From Octopus sinensis (lineage: Eukaryota): 64,000 nucleotides of DNA. The stretch lies in the NCBI RefSeq assembly GCF_006345805.1, contig NW_021833026.1, positions 186,001 to 250,000 of the forward strand. Direction: 5' to 3'. The notes beneath the pieces are model-generated. The model did not search any database. It saw only the letters and a program-made list of their open reading frames with translations, and was not told where the DNA came from. A program made the translations under genes and the position numbers. Each line of letters starts with the position of its first letter. The first letter of the stretch is position 1. Of this stretch, positions 27,403 through 38,701 are shown piece after piece.

Positions 27403-28793
27403 ATGGTTTCTTGTATGCTAATCCCCTTAGAAATACAAAATAACTGGCGCACTCCAGCAATAGCACATGTTTGTAATGTATTCTCAAATATTTTTAAAAC
27501 CCCTTCATTTTCCATTCAGGTAGAGTCTATAACTTAACTGGACTAGCAATTGGAGAAAGCTGTATTGAACGATGCCTATGAAGGAGATAACCTCACCTCC
27601 TCAATAATGACTTGCCTTCTCTCTGGCATCAAGAAACGTCGAGAAACAACGTAAATCACACAAATCAGTGTAGTCGTGACAGTTGGGACTCCTCTCTTCG
27701 CCGACTGGTCCTTACTTTAAAGTCATTCAGAAAAATCAACAAGACAGAACTCCCTTCCAGCTACGAAACCCACGATTTTTACTCTCTTTCCTCATCCGAT
27801 CGTCTCTCCCTAATTTATCTACTCTGCGATCTGAGAGTGGCCAAATTGGACGCCTCCAAATACGCTTCCAAATACCCCCAGGAGTCAGATTCCAAGTTCA
27901 GGATGTCCTGCCTGGGAGAGGACTCCACCAAACACAAATATTGGCAGTTCTGTGGACGTTTATACAAAGAAGACACATTGACTCACCAATTCGAGTTGGT
28001 TTGTTCATCTTTTGGAGACTGGGAAAATTTGGCAAAGAAGTTCTGTTCTCAGAAGAAAAAAGCGAATAAAGAATTGGGAGAGCGAATTAGACTTGATTGT
28101 CTTCCCCACGTGAAGAATTGGATTAATGCCGAACTAAAGAGAACAAACCTCGAATGGGACAGAGAGAAAAAGGTTTGGAGACTATTCGAATGGCAGATCA
28201 CGACATTGAGGGATTTGGAGAGTCAAATATCACAGCAGTTGTCACAAAAGGGGATACTCAACAGGAGGAAGAAGATTGCGAATGTATATTCCTCACAATA
28301 TCACCTCGAATGTGAACGGGCAAAGGCCAGAGAAGGTTATTTTCGAGTAGGGGACAGCTAGAGAGGACTCGTCGGTGGAGAAGACGGTCGGGGATAGAGG
28401 ATGTGGAAATAGAATCAAACTACATGGGGGAAGACGAGTTAAACACGATTTACACAAATATGTTCTCTGGTTGGAGTTTAGTCTTATTTCAGTGCTCTAC
28501 GTGTTGTGTCAGTACAAATCAAATGCCATTTTTATTGAAGAATTGACTTGTTGTTTATAAAAACCCGAAATATTTTATACAAAAATATGCAGCATTTTGA
28601 ATCGGATTTTGAGAGTGTTTTTAAAGAGAGGAATGACTCTCTTGATTTGCTGACTTTGTTTCGAGAGGTGATGGAGGAATGGAAGCCGCGGTCTCCTCCC
28701 ATTGGGGAAGAGATAACGGCTCCCGAATGTGCAGAAGATGCGAGTGCTGTTCCTCCTCCAAAGAGACTGGTGGCGATTCTTGTTAATTTGTAG
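27403..28793 (+). CDS. CECR2: CECR2-like chromatin factor (DDT/WHIM regions, degenerate bromodomain-like C-terminus)
   Basis: NWRTPAIAHVCNVF (cf. WWEVPAIAHFCSLF), DRLSLIYLLCDLR, LGEDS...YWQF.GRLYKE, LVCSSFGDWENL; 27-nt intron 27520-27546. Head-to-head with SF3A3. Confidence 0.7.
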
Positions 28794-28974
28794 AGTGTTC
28801 ATGATCCAATGGCTCGGTTATCCACTAATTTTAAAGTTTTTAAAAAAGATGGTGACCGTCTTGGGCACGCAAGAACCACTTTTGAGGTTGTCAAGTGTTC
28901 GACTAAATAATTATTTCTGGTCTTAATATGAAATTTTTATGTGTCTTTAATAATATTATTTAACCCCCATAAAT

Positions 28975-31900
28975 TGGAAGGGAATGTGGCACGAAAAAAA
29001 CCGACAGACTTCATAAGGTCACACCATAGGATAGGGTTAATCTTGTATGATGGTTATAAAGCGGCAAGGTTTTTGCATTCCAGAGAAGTTGATTTATTGT
29101 GTGTCGTCCGTCAAGGCAGATTGGACAGTCGGATCAACATCCTTGTCTAGTTTTTTTTGGTAGTCGAAGAGTAAAGGATGGTGCCCACAGCGAAATCTTG
29201 CAAGTTCGACCCGATCTCTAAGGCTGAGATCATTTTCATCCGTGTGCGATTGCCTAAATGAAGTTTTGTTCTCGTATATGATTTGTTAAGGCTGAGATCA
29301 TTTTCATCTCTGTATATTTTCCTTCAAGAAAGACTTTGTTAACAGTTCTTTTATGTTCGATGGTTTTTTGTTAGTGAATGCGTTTAGGATGCGATTGTAG
29401 TTCGTATTGTCGTGATATTGCTTAGATGGTTTTTGATTATACACCTAGAGGCGAAAAATTTGGTTCCATAAATGTCAAAATAGTCTGCAAGTTTAAATTG
29501 TTTTGGTTATCTGATGCATATGGTCGGTAGGAGTAGATTTCATACAACCCATAATAATTTTGAGTGTTTGGTTTAGATTTTTTTTTTTTTTAATAGGGTC
29601 AAACTACTAAGTAAAGTCAACAAACTAATAAATTCTCCCAGCGAGACGGAGGGAACAGCTGTTGCCACGCATGACAGCCAGCAGGATCCTCTGAATGAGG
29701 AAAGTAAATTCCCTAGGGTCCTTGGACCGCGAAGAACAAAGATGTCCCAATTTCTTTAGGGAAGTGAGGGTCCCGGAGCCAAAGACGCCGGAAGTCTCGA
29801 CAACGATTGGCCAAAACCAAAAGTCATCCATCAAAGACTGATATTTCCGGCACTTCGAAAGCTCAGCCTTATTAGCACGAGACCCAGCAAGAGAGGCCGA
29901 TTCGTTGATGAAAGACTTTGAGAAGGTATCCACACAAGTGGAATCCCAGACCAAAGGTCTCCCAGAATAAAACGAGAACAACGTAGAGCCGTCCGGCCTT
30001 TTCCCGTCACCACGGTCGAGACCCTTAGGCTCAAGGACAGAGGGTAGCCGGCCTTTTCGAGTGAGTCGAGAATGATTCTGTTAATCGCCGAATGGCGTGG
30101 AATACGACCCGCGCTTTTCTTGCAGGAGAGGGCATGGAGCCCGTATACGTCCATAGTAGATCCGCACCGGCAGGGGTGGGGACTACAGATCGGAAGTCCG
30201 AGGCGGAGGCAAATGCCAAAACGGAGGGCGTCGGAGTCAAGACAGGTGTCCAAATGGGTCGAAGGAAGGCAGTTAAGCCAAGAGCCAGAATGCGGTTGGC
30301 GGCTGGCACGGTAACAAGCCAGTCTGTGCTGGTTCAGGAGAGCCTCCAACGAGTCCGCATGATGCTTACTAAGAATTTTATCCCATTCACGTTGGAGGGA
30401 CCTATCAGAAGGGAACTCAAGCCCTTTTTCCTTCCAAAGCAAAAGTGCAGAATTAATATCAGAGTCCAAACGAGATCCGGGCGATTTTTCAAGAATCTTA
30501 TGGACAAGAAGATACAATCCTGAAGACGATGAAGGAAAGCGGGAAGAGAAATGTCGAGAGCCGAGCGGAGCCCAAGCCCACCAAAAGGAACAGGAAGTTT
30601 GGCCTGACGCCAACCGACATCATCGAACTTGACGTTAAAAATAATCTCGGCTTAAGAACGCACCAGAGCGTCAAAAGACTCCAAAGCAGAGGGAACAGAA
30701 AAGCAACAGGAACTCCTTAGGACATAATTGATCCTCGGAATCAAAAGAAAGTTTTTGAGGATAAAAAAAGCGGGATGGGGATCGATGTCCACAAGTTTAT
30801 CACAAAGAGAAGCAAGAGCATTTCTCTTGGAATCGAGAATACGAGAGACCGATTGGTGGTGGATCGGGGCACCCAGGATTTCAAGTTCAGAATGAGAGGT
30901 CTGCCTCAGATCGGGCAAGAGGCCATGAAACTGGGCAAAAAGGTCTTCGAAGGTGAGGTCTTCGACGTTAAGATTAACGATTTCAGATTTTAGAGAATTG
31001 ATTTCAAGACCAATAGATGACAACGCCGGGAGTAGAGATTGCAAGTCGTTTAGCAAAATGTCGGGCGGACCACCAATAGTACAGTCGTCCAAATACCAAA
31101 TATTAAGAGGGGACGCAATCCTGCGGGCGACAAAGTCCACCGAGAGGGCAAATAATAAAGGACCCAAAGGATCGCCTTGCTGTACGCCACAGGAAGACGA
31201 AATGAAAGAATCGCCAGCAACCAAGAGGCTCGGGTTACCATAAGAAAGAAAAATGAAGGGCAGCAGAGAAGGAATTCTGGCCTTGCAAACCTCAAGAAGA
31301 TGCTTTCTATTGAGCGAATTGAAAGCGTTCTTCACATCCAATTTTAATAATAACTGGGGCCGCTCTGAGAGACGAGCCGATTCAATGAAACACCGGGCAG
31401 CGTGGACCGAGGCCTCGCACCCACCAGGTACCCCCACACCCAACTGAATGGGCTGGAGTTCGTCGCTAATAGAAGGAATTACAAGCTTGCATCCGACCTT
31501 TGCAAACAAGCGACGAAAAACGTTCCCGACGGCAATAGGTCTGATGCCGCCGTCTTTCTTCCCCAAAGCAGACAGGTTCGCAGAGAAGAAGAGCAGTCTG
31601 GCATGCTCGGATATGTCCCCACGGAGAAATAGGTTACAAAGCTTGGCAATGGATTGAGAAAGACGGTTTCCAGCCTCAGCAGTATTGGAGATGAGGTCCA
31701 TTAAGTGAATGGGACGGAGACCGTCAACACCACCACTACTGTTCCCCCTGAAAGATTTCAAAGCAAACAAAAGTTGTTGGACAGATGAAGAGGCGATCGA
31801 GACCTCCTCAGGGGTCCGGGCACAAAAGGCAGGGACATCGCCAGCCGGGTGCTTGGCGCTGAGAATTTTGAGGACATCCGGGGTTATCGAACGGACGGAA

Positions 31901-33190
31901 TCGGAAGACGAAAGAATACGGACCGCAGAGCCGACATCATGCGCCATAAGGCAGGAATTGACACGTTTGCGTAAACGAATACGATTATCTTTAAGAGTAG
32001 TTGGTTCATGGGACTTGCCCAGAAGAGGAGGCAGAATGAAGGAATCCTCCATGAACTTATTAATATTTTCCTTGATGGAAGAGGAAAGGGATTTTACCGA
32101 GCCCAAGCCTTGAACTGGGGAGCCCAGGGCAAATATGGCAAGCAAAACAAACGGTTCCAATTCGGAATGGACTGAACACAAATGACTGACTCGATCAAAG
32201 CAGACAGAGCCTTCGCCGCGGAAAAACGGGCAGAACGAGGAATTCTTATAGGAATACGATAGGACGCCCGGTAATCACGAGCGAGTCTTAAGACAGACTC
32301 TGGATTAAGCAGGAAGGGGTCCGGCGAAGGGATAGGATTAGTAAAATCAGAGGACCCGGTACAGATGGCAGGAGCGAAATATGACGGGGGGAAAGAAGAG
32401 CAAGCAGAGCAAACCCATCGGGAAAGGGAAGAGGCAGATTTCTTAGAAAGCTTGATGCAGGATAAATGGAAAAAGGCATAACAACGGTCACAACGGATGG
32501 TCTTTTTCCGATTATTACGGATATTGCAAACAGAACAGACAGACATAGATATGGAAAATTAGAATTAGCAATAAATGGATTATTGGTGAGATAGAAAGAA
32601 AGAGAAAGAGGAAAAGAAAAACAAAAAAGAGAAAGGGAAGCAACAATGGATTATTGGATAGCAAATAACAATGAAAAGAAAAAGAAAAAAAGTGGTTTAG
32701 AATTGATTTTAATTTCTGGAAAAGTGTTTTTGACAACAGGGGCGCCCATGATGGACTTGCATAGTTAAATATTTGAAGAATATCTTTTTTTGTATAGGAA
32801 TGTTAGGCAGTCTTTATTTTTCAAAGTCGGTTCCTGTGAGTATCAGAGGGAATTCATGTTATATTTACATTTATAAGTCAGGTTTTCAATGTGTTGAAGA
32901 AATCACAGGTCATCTCAAGTATTTGATTTTTTGGTGTGGGAGATTTGAATTTTGTTGGGTGTGATTGTCTAAATGAAGTTTTGTTCTCGTATATGATTTT
33001 TTAGAAGAGTGGCTGATGATTTAGTTGGAGATAGAGATAGGCTGTTTAGAGTAATCCAGTTGTACAGAGTATCAATGAATGGTTAAACATGGTGACATCC
33101 GTTATTTGGACCGTGTTTAATGATTTGATCGTAATATCGTCTGCGTATAAGTACAGATATACATTTTCGGGTGGTGTAGGAATTTATTTA
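28975..33190 (-). mobile_element. Degenerate I/Jockey-like LINE (RT + C-terminal CCHC), split by CRE copy 2
   Basis: IPTPPENVYLYLYADDITI (33100-33180); NYASPSWAPLLSKTLFQKLKSILN joins across the insertion to QTLKIIMGCMKSTPTDHMHQIT; LARFRCGHHP..CP.C..H motif near 29050-29200. Confidence 0.75.
29578..32692 (-). mobile_element. CRE-like RLE retrotransposon copy 2, near full-length, PHD-RT-RLE
   Basis: ATG 32546 with PHD finger CSVC..CDRC..FHLSC..WVCSAC; GVDGLRP, KKDGGIRPIAVG, LDVKNAFN, QQGDPLGP, WYLDD, RPDG; poly(A) tail (T-run 29578-29592); TSD TGGTTTAGA at 29569-29577 and 32693-32701. Confidence 0.95.
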
Positions 33191-33235
33191 TTTATTTTAT
33201 TAAAGACCAAACACGGGTAAGCCAGTTAATTATTA

Positions 33236-33380
33236 TTATCCCCGTGATCCCCGATTCAAGCAAGGGAGATCCTACTGAAAGGTTCGATCCTGCCGACATG
33301 AACGGCCTGAGACGACGATGTCCGAGGGTCAGAGTTTTAGAAGTCCTTTTTTCGGTAGGCATTAAGTGCCTCCTGAGCGT
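33236..33380. ncRNA. Unassigned GC-rich structured island, candidate small ncRNA
   Basis: Several short helices (ATCCCC/GGGAGAT, GCCG/CGGC, CTGA/TCAG, AGGCA/TGCCT) and a U-run TTTTTTCG before the last hairpin, set in AT-rich DNA. No family recognised. Confidence 0.3.
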
Positions 33381-33703
33381 TTCCATATCCGATTGGAAGG
33401 TGTGGTAAATTGAATAGTTAAATTACTAGTTATAAATTTAAAGATTATAATTTTTTTCATTATAAACATAAACTTTTTTAACATCTAATTAGTATCATCA
33501 CGGCTTGCATTGCACAGTTTTATAACTTGTTAATTAGACCTCGCCCTTAATTTTTGAATTATACATCTGAATAAAATATGAACTGTTTTTTACTGTATCA
33601 ATAAAAATTAATTTTAAAATCAACGTTACACCGCCAATGAAGATAGGGAATTAAATATAATATTATGAGAGAAATTTAAATATGCTAAGAGAGTTCAAAA
33701 ATG

Positions 33704-33775
33704 TCCCCGATAGTATAATGGTTAGTATGCCGCGTTGTCATCGCGGTGGCCCGGGTTCGATTCCCGGTCGGGGAG
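33704..33775 (+). tRNA. trnD-GTC: tRNA-Asp (GTC)
   Basis: 72 nt; acceptor stem TCCCCGA/TCGGGGA; anticodon arm CCGCG-TTGTCAT-CGCGG; T-loop GTTCGATTC. Confidence 0.97.
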
Positions 33776-33781
33776 TTTTTT
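33776..33781 (+). terminator. RNA polymerase III oligo-T terminator
   Basis: TTTTTT immediately after the tRNA 3' end. Confidence 0.8.
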
Positions 33782-34504
33782 GTTCTTCCCAAAGAATTTG
33801 CCTTATCTCATCAACTCATCTTTGGCGATAAGAATCAGTGGGCCACAGAAGTGGTTTACTCTTCCAGCCAAAGATTTGGAAAGATTTCTCGCGATGGCTG
33901 AAAAGTTTGCAACTAATCTTGCAGGGTTGAGTAACAAAGCTACGCTCCTGGCGGGATTTATGACTGTCTTTATTTTCTTTGAGTAATGGAAGACAAGGAT
34001 ATGAGTTCAAAATTGTTGCCCAAAATATAAGTGGAATTCGGGTAACTTAACTGTAAATAAAAAATTGAAGATCTTGGTAATTTATTGATTGGTCTTTTAA
34101 AACAAGTTCAAAAAATTATCTTATTGAAATAAATACAGAAAAGTCGTTCCATTCCATACTTTTTAATTGTTTAGTGGAGACTACTGAGTCTTCTCGATGG
34201 CTTGTACCTGTGACAAATTTTTCTCGAATTAAGGGAATGCTATCTATAGTTTACTTAAGATCTAAATTTATTTTTCAGTACACTGCCACTTTGCAAGAAA
34301 AACTTTCGACCATTTGACTAGAAACTATGGGCGAATGCTTAACAATGAGTACTTGAGAAAGCATAATTAAGTAGTTAGATGATTGTTGGTTCCTGCTTAT
34401 TTGTTATATCTTTTTTATGTTTATTAGTGAAGATGTTTAAAGATTAAATGAAAGGCGTTAATAATTGCGTCAACTTCCATAGAAAAGGCAATATGACCTG
34501 ATTT

Positions 34505-36864
34505 TTAAGTAGAATGAGTCATGGTCAGACTAAAATGATTTTCCACGACTTTGCCCACAACTTTCTAAAACTAATTATAAAAAACAAAAGACTAATAAGT
34601 ATCTGTCGGCATCACAGTACATTGTTCTCAAACTTTTAAAAAGTTCCTCAAAATTGGGTCTCATTTTGGCATCCAGTTGCCAACCTTACAATTTGACTGG
34701 GTAAATACTATAAACTTATGAAAGAGTAAAAATATATCAATCGAAGCCGTTTTCGGCTGGGGAAGACGTCTTCCTCGATTCAAAAAAACTTGAATTTCAT
34801 TGCTTTGTAGATGAGCGTAAGGGATATGTCCATATGTAAAAATCTCCCACAACGTAACCCCAAAACTCCACACGTCTGACTTGTGGGAGTGTAAAGATAA
34901 CTCCAAACACTCCGGGGCCATCCATCTGACTGCAAACTGCTGGTCAGACTGCCCAATCATACCTTTCGGCCATTTTTATATAAATAATGTTTGTTCATCA
35001 TTTTTGACAGTCCAAAATCTGCTATCTTGATGTCATAATTACTATCAACTAAAACGTGTTAAAATTAATTTACGAAGGACATTTCTTGCGGCTAGATCGC
35101 AGTGGACCACCCCAATGAACTCTAAGTAGTTCATCCCCTTTAAATCACAAATATGCATCAAATACATCTGCAATTTGATAGGCCCACTTGAGCATTTGCT
35201 TTGGAGTCAAAGAGTCCCTTTCTTGCTTTATATTTTTGAGGAGACAGCCGTTTTCGCACAATTCCATTATCAGTTTGATGTTTATTGTCATGCAAATTCC
35301 GATAAGTTTGACGCAATGGCAATAGTTGGACGATACCAAAACTTTGATCTCGTTTTCAAAACCAGTAATGTCCTCCATGCAACGGGTCAGTTCTTTCACT
35401 GCGACGCTCTTTCCTTTTCCTTGACTTTTAGAGACCAACGTGGCCTTGAATGTTTGATTAGTTTTATTACTTTATATACAGTTCCAAAAGATCCTTCTCC
35501 AATCTTTTTTTGCAAAATCAAATCTTTTTCGTCAAAGGTCTGCAAGACGGACATGTCTGGGGGGATTCCGGTTTCATGCAGTAACTAGGTCAGATGTAAA
35601 GATATGATTACATGTATGTTTTCTTCATACATGACTTTCCTACGAAGATTTGTTGTAACGACAAGAATCAAAATCAAGCCAATGATCAAAAAACATGAAA
35701 TGGTAGAAACAATTCTTGGATGTAAATTTTGCAGAATTACCTCACTGTTGTCCTTGACTTGTCGTAATAGAAACAGCGGTGTGTTCGTTGGTCTTCTCCC
35801 TCACAAGCCTTACAAGTGTTATCCACTCCTTTGTAGCCGTCTCCACAATCGCTTAGACAGAGACTACTTCTGTAGTCGTGAAAGTAAGGAGCTTATGTAG
35901 AGAACATGAAGTTACGTGGACATTTCTTTACGCATTTTCCATTTAGTTCGTAGTACCCGTCATTGTTGTGCACGAGGTTCCCGTTTATGTCGGGGATTGA
36001 CATTTTCGGACAACTCTCCACACAGGAACCGTTTAGATTGTAATTCCTGCATATCTAAGGAGTGCCTGTAATGGGACTTACATTGCATTCGGAATGATTT
36101 TGACCAAAGCATCCTCCAATACACTGGTCGTGGCAGCATTCGAGAGATTCTTTACCGAAGCAGCGGTTTTCGCACTTTTTGTTGCATATAACCTTCGAAA
36201 CTATTACGTTTATGTACGAATAATGCATTTTTGACAATCATTGACGCCTGGTCCCCAACAGTGTCGTGTAAAATTTAAAATGGGGCAGTGAGAGTTGCAA
36301 AAAACAGGAACGTTGTTATTGTTTTCAAAATAGGCTTAAATATTTCTGGGAAAAATATTGTTTTAAAATATTTTAGCGTGGTCAGATGAACTCGAACATT
36401 TCCCTGCAAAATTGCTGCTAGTCTGAATAACAAAATTACCAGCGAGTTGTGGGAGTTTGAATTCTTCGAAATTTAGTGTAGAGAGGAATATAGCTTGGGA
36501 GTAATAAAGCCGTTTCCCTTCGATGACACGGAGGTTTGGAAGACTAAACGACTGTCCTGTGATTTTATAGAGCATGAGGTAGTCCCGAATCTTAAAATGT
36601 CAGTTTTTGGGCAAACTCGACTTATATTTGCTAGGAAATCCAAATTGTCGTCTTTGTTCAACTCAAGGTTGGAAAGTTCAAGAGCGCCGATAATCTCAGT
36701 ACAACCAAAATAAATTTTTTTATAGAGACTGTATTGCTTTTTGGGAGAACCAAATCTGGACTTTCCCAATTCCCAGCTTTTGCATTCTACAAACATAAAA
36801 TTTTAGATCAGACACCTTTCAAACTTACAAATGCAGCATAAAGTATTATTACATTGGCGATCAT
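34505..36864 (-). CDS. EGFR: EGFR/ErbB-like receptor tyrosine kinase with a single L domain and a single furin-like domain
   Basis: Signal MIANVIILYAAFVSLK; L domain GCTEIIGALEL..LPNLRVIEG; furin-like CCHDQCIGGC; TM IVSTISCFLIIGLILILVV; kinase IGEGSFGTVYK, VAVK, HCDLAARN, DFG, WMAPE..KSDVWSFGVTLWE. About ten short introns; 3' end inferred. Symbol denotes family likeness, not proven orthology. Confidence 0.85.
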
Positions 36865-38013
36865 TTTTGACTATTTACTAATGAATTTTTGCTAATAAAT
36901 GAATTTTTTAAATGAAATTTTAAATTTCAATCGCAAATATTGTTTAGATCACTTAATGAGTATATATATATTTTTGATAAAAGAACCGCAGAGATTATCA
37001 TCGGTTTTCAGTATTATCATTTTTTAAGAATTCAGTCAGAAATTTTTGGAGACAATTTAATAAAACAAAATTTGTTAAAAGTTTATTTTTACTTCTAAAA
37101 CAATCAAAATAAAAATTCACCAATTAGTTTTCTAATTTCTATATTCAGTTGTACGATATAACGATTTCTGTTTCTCATTTGAATTTTTAATATCATAAAT
37201 TTTTATAATTTCTTATCTTAAATATTTTTTTCTAATGTGGTTAGCTCGAATAATCTCTTTTTTGCTTGATCTCATTTACCACTTTTAGATAAAAACTGTT
37301 GACTAAAAATAATCAGACGATCACGATTATAATCTCTATACCGTTTCCAAAACCATTTAAAAAATCATAGCCCCATTTAAAGGTTGCAATTTTTTAAATT
37401 TTTATATTGAATTTTTAGCGTGCACTTATTTATTTAGGAATACTGGATTTAAAGTCAATAAAAAATTATGTTTTAGTTAACAAATTACGCTGTTATGCAT
37501 TAGATTTTTTAAAAGCTGGATGTACAGCTTCAAACAAGTAACAGAGCATCAACGTTACACTTTTTATTCTTTTTTTCAAAATTTGATATTTTCAAATAGT
37601 AATGTAGACACTTTTACGTAATTGAATCTACAAATAAAAATAGTCAGATTTATAAAATTGGAAATCAATGGGAAATAATCCTGATTTTTAATAATTATTT
37701 TCTATGGATGCGTTTTTGGTAAAAATGGCTAGATATTTTGGAAATATCTACCACGACTCGAAAATCTTTAGAAAGTCTTCTGTAGTAAAGGAAATAATTA
37801 CTCTAAATTTAGGAAACTAAGTGAGAATTCATAGCTTTAGTTATTTTTGACAGGTGGTTAGAGAAAATTGACTTCTTGGAGAAAATCTACGTTAAAAATA
37901 AACAACATTTCATATTTCATTATTATTCGAAATTTTTTTTCACAAATAATAATTATGTATTTGAATACAATTTTGTCATGAAATCATTCTGAGATAATAT
38001 TAAGAAACTATTA

Positions 38014-38701
38014 CAGTTGAACTTCTGCCCCAATAGAAATCCGCCCCAGATTCAAATACAGAGGGTATGATAATTTATACTTTTTTTCAAAAAGAGCATT
38101 TAAAAATTAAAAAATCCATTTTATTTATCAATTTAAAAAAGTAATCGCTAATTTTCTCTCCAATATTACTTTATCCGAGTCGTGATATTTCTGGCAATAT
38201 TTTAAATTAAACATTCGGAAATTAAAATCCCACCTTGCCTGAGATTCAATGAAAAGTTCAAACACCAGACGATCAAGTTTCGATGATAGATCCGATTCAT
38301 AGTTTTTGTATAGGACTGCGTCAGGAATAGAATTTGAATCAAATCCTTGTTTAGCTTCTATTTTTATTCTAGATACTGTTCCCTTCCCAACTTTAAACAT
38401 CTTGGATATTTCCCTTTTAAATATGGAGTTTACCAACACTTAAACAAATTTTTGTTTAAAGCAAAGCAAGTTTTTGTGGCATGATCACTAAACTCTACAC
38501 TATAATTTAAAATAAAATAACGTATAAAAATTTTATATAAAATTATTTTTAAAATGCCCCAATAAACGGGGTCAATAATTTTTTAGTATTCTATAGGTAG
38601 AAAATTGAATAAACTGCTATAAAATGGACTTTAGAAATAAAAGTGCTCCAAATATAGAGGGTGTTGTAAGGCTGAAGTTTTATTGGGGCAGGGTCAGACT
38701 G
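38014..38701 (-). mobile_element. pogo/Tigger (Tc5-type) deletion derivative
   Basis: Imperfect TIRs CAGT...CTGCCCCAATA at both ends; TA flanks at 38012-13 and 38702-03; CENP-B-like HTH ISKMFKVGKGTVSRIK..LDRLVFELFIE. Confidence 0.8.

Noticed and set aside
33228-33352. U11 snRNA (minus strand begins AAAAAAGGACUUCU) or RNase MRP (CACGGGGAUAAU)
   Set aside because: No Sm site on that strand, and the P4 partner for MRP is not in a workable position.
33960-34045. Fibronectin type III-like motif YEFKIVAQNISG downstream of the tRNA
   Set aside because: Single short motif with no supporting open frame or exon structure.
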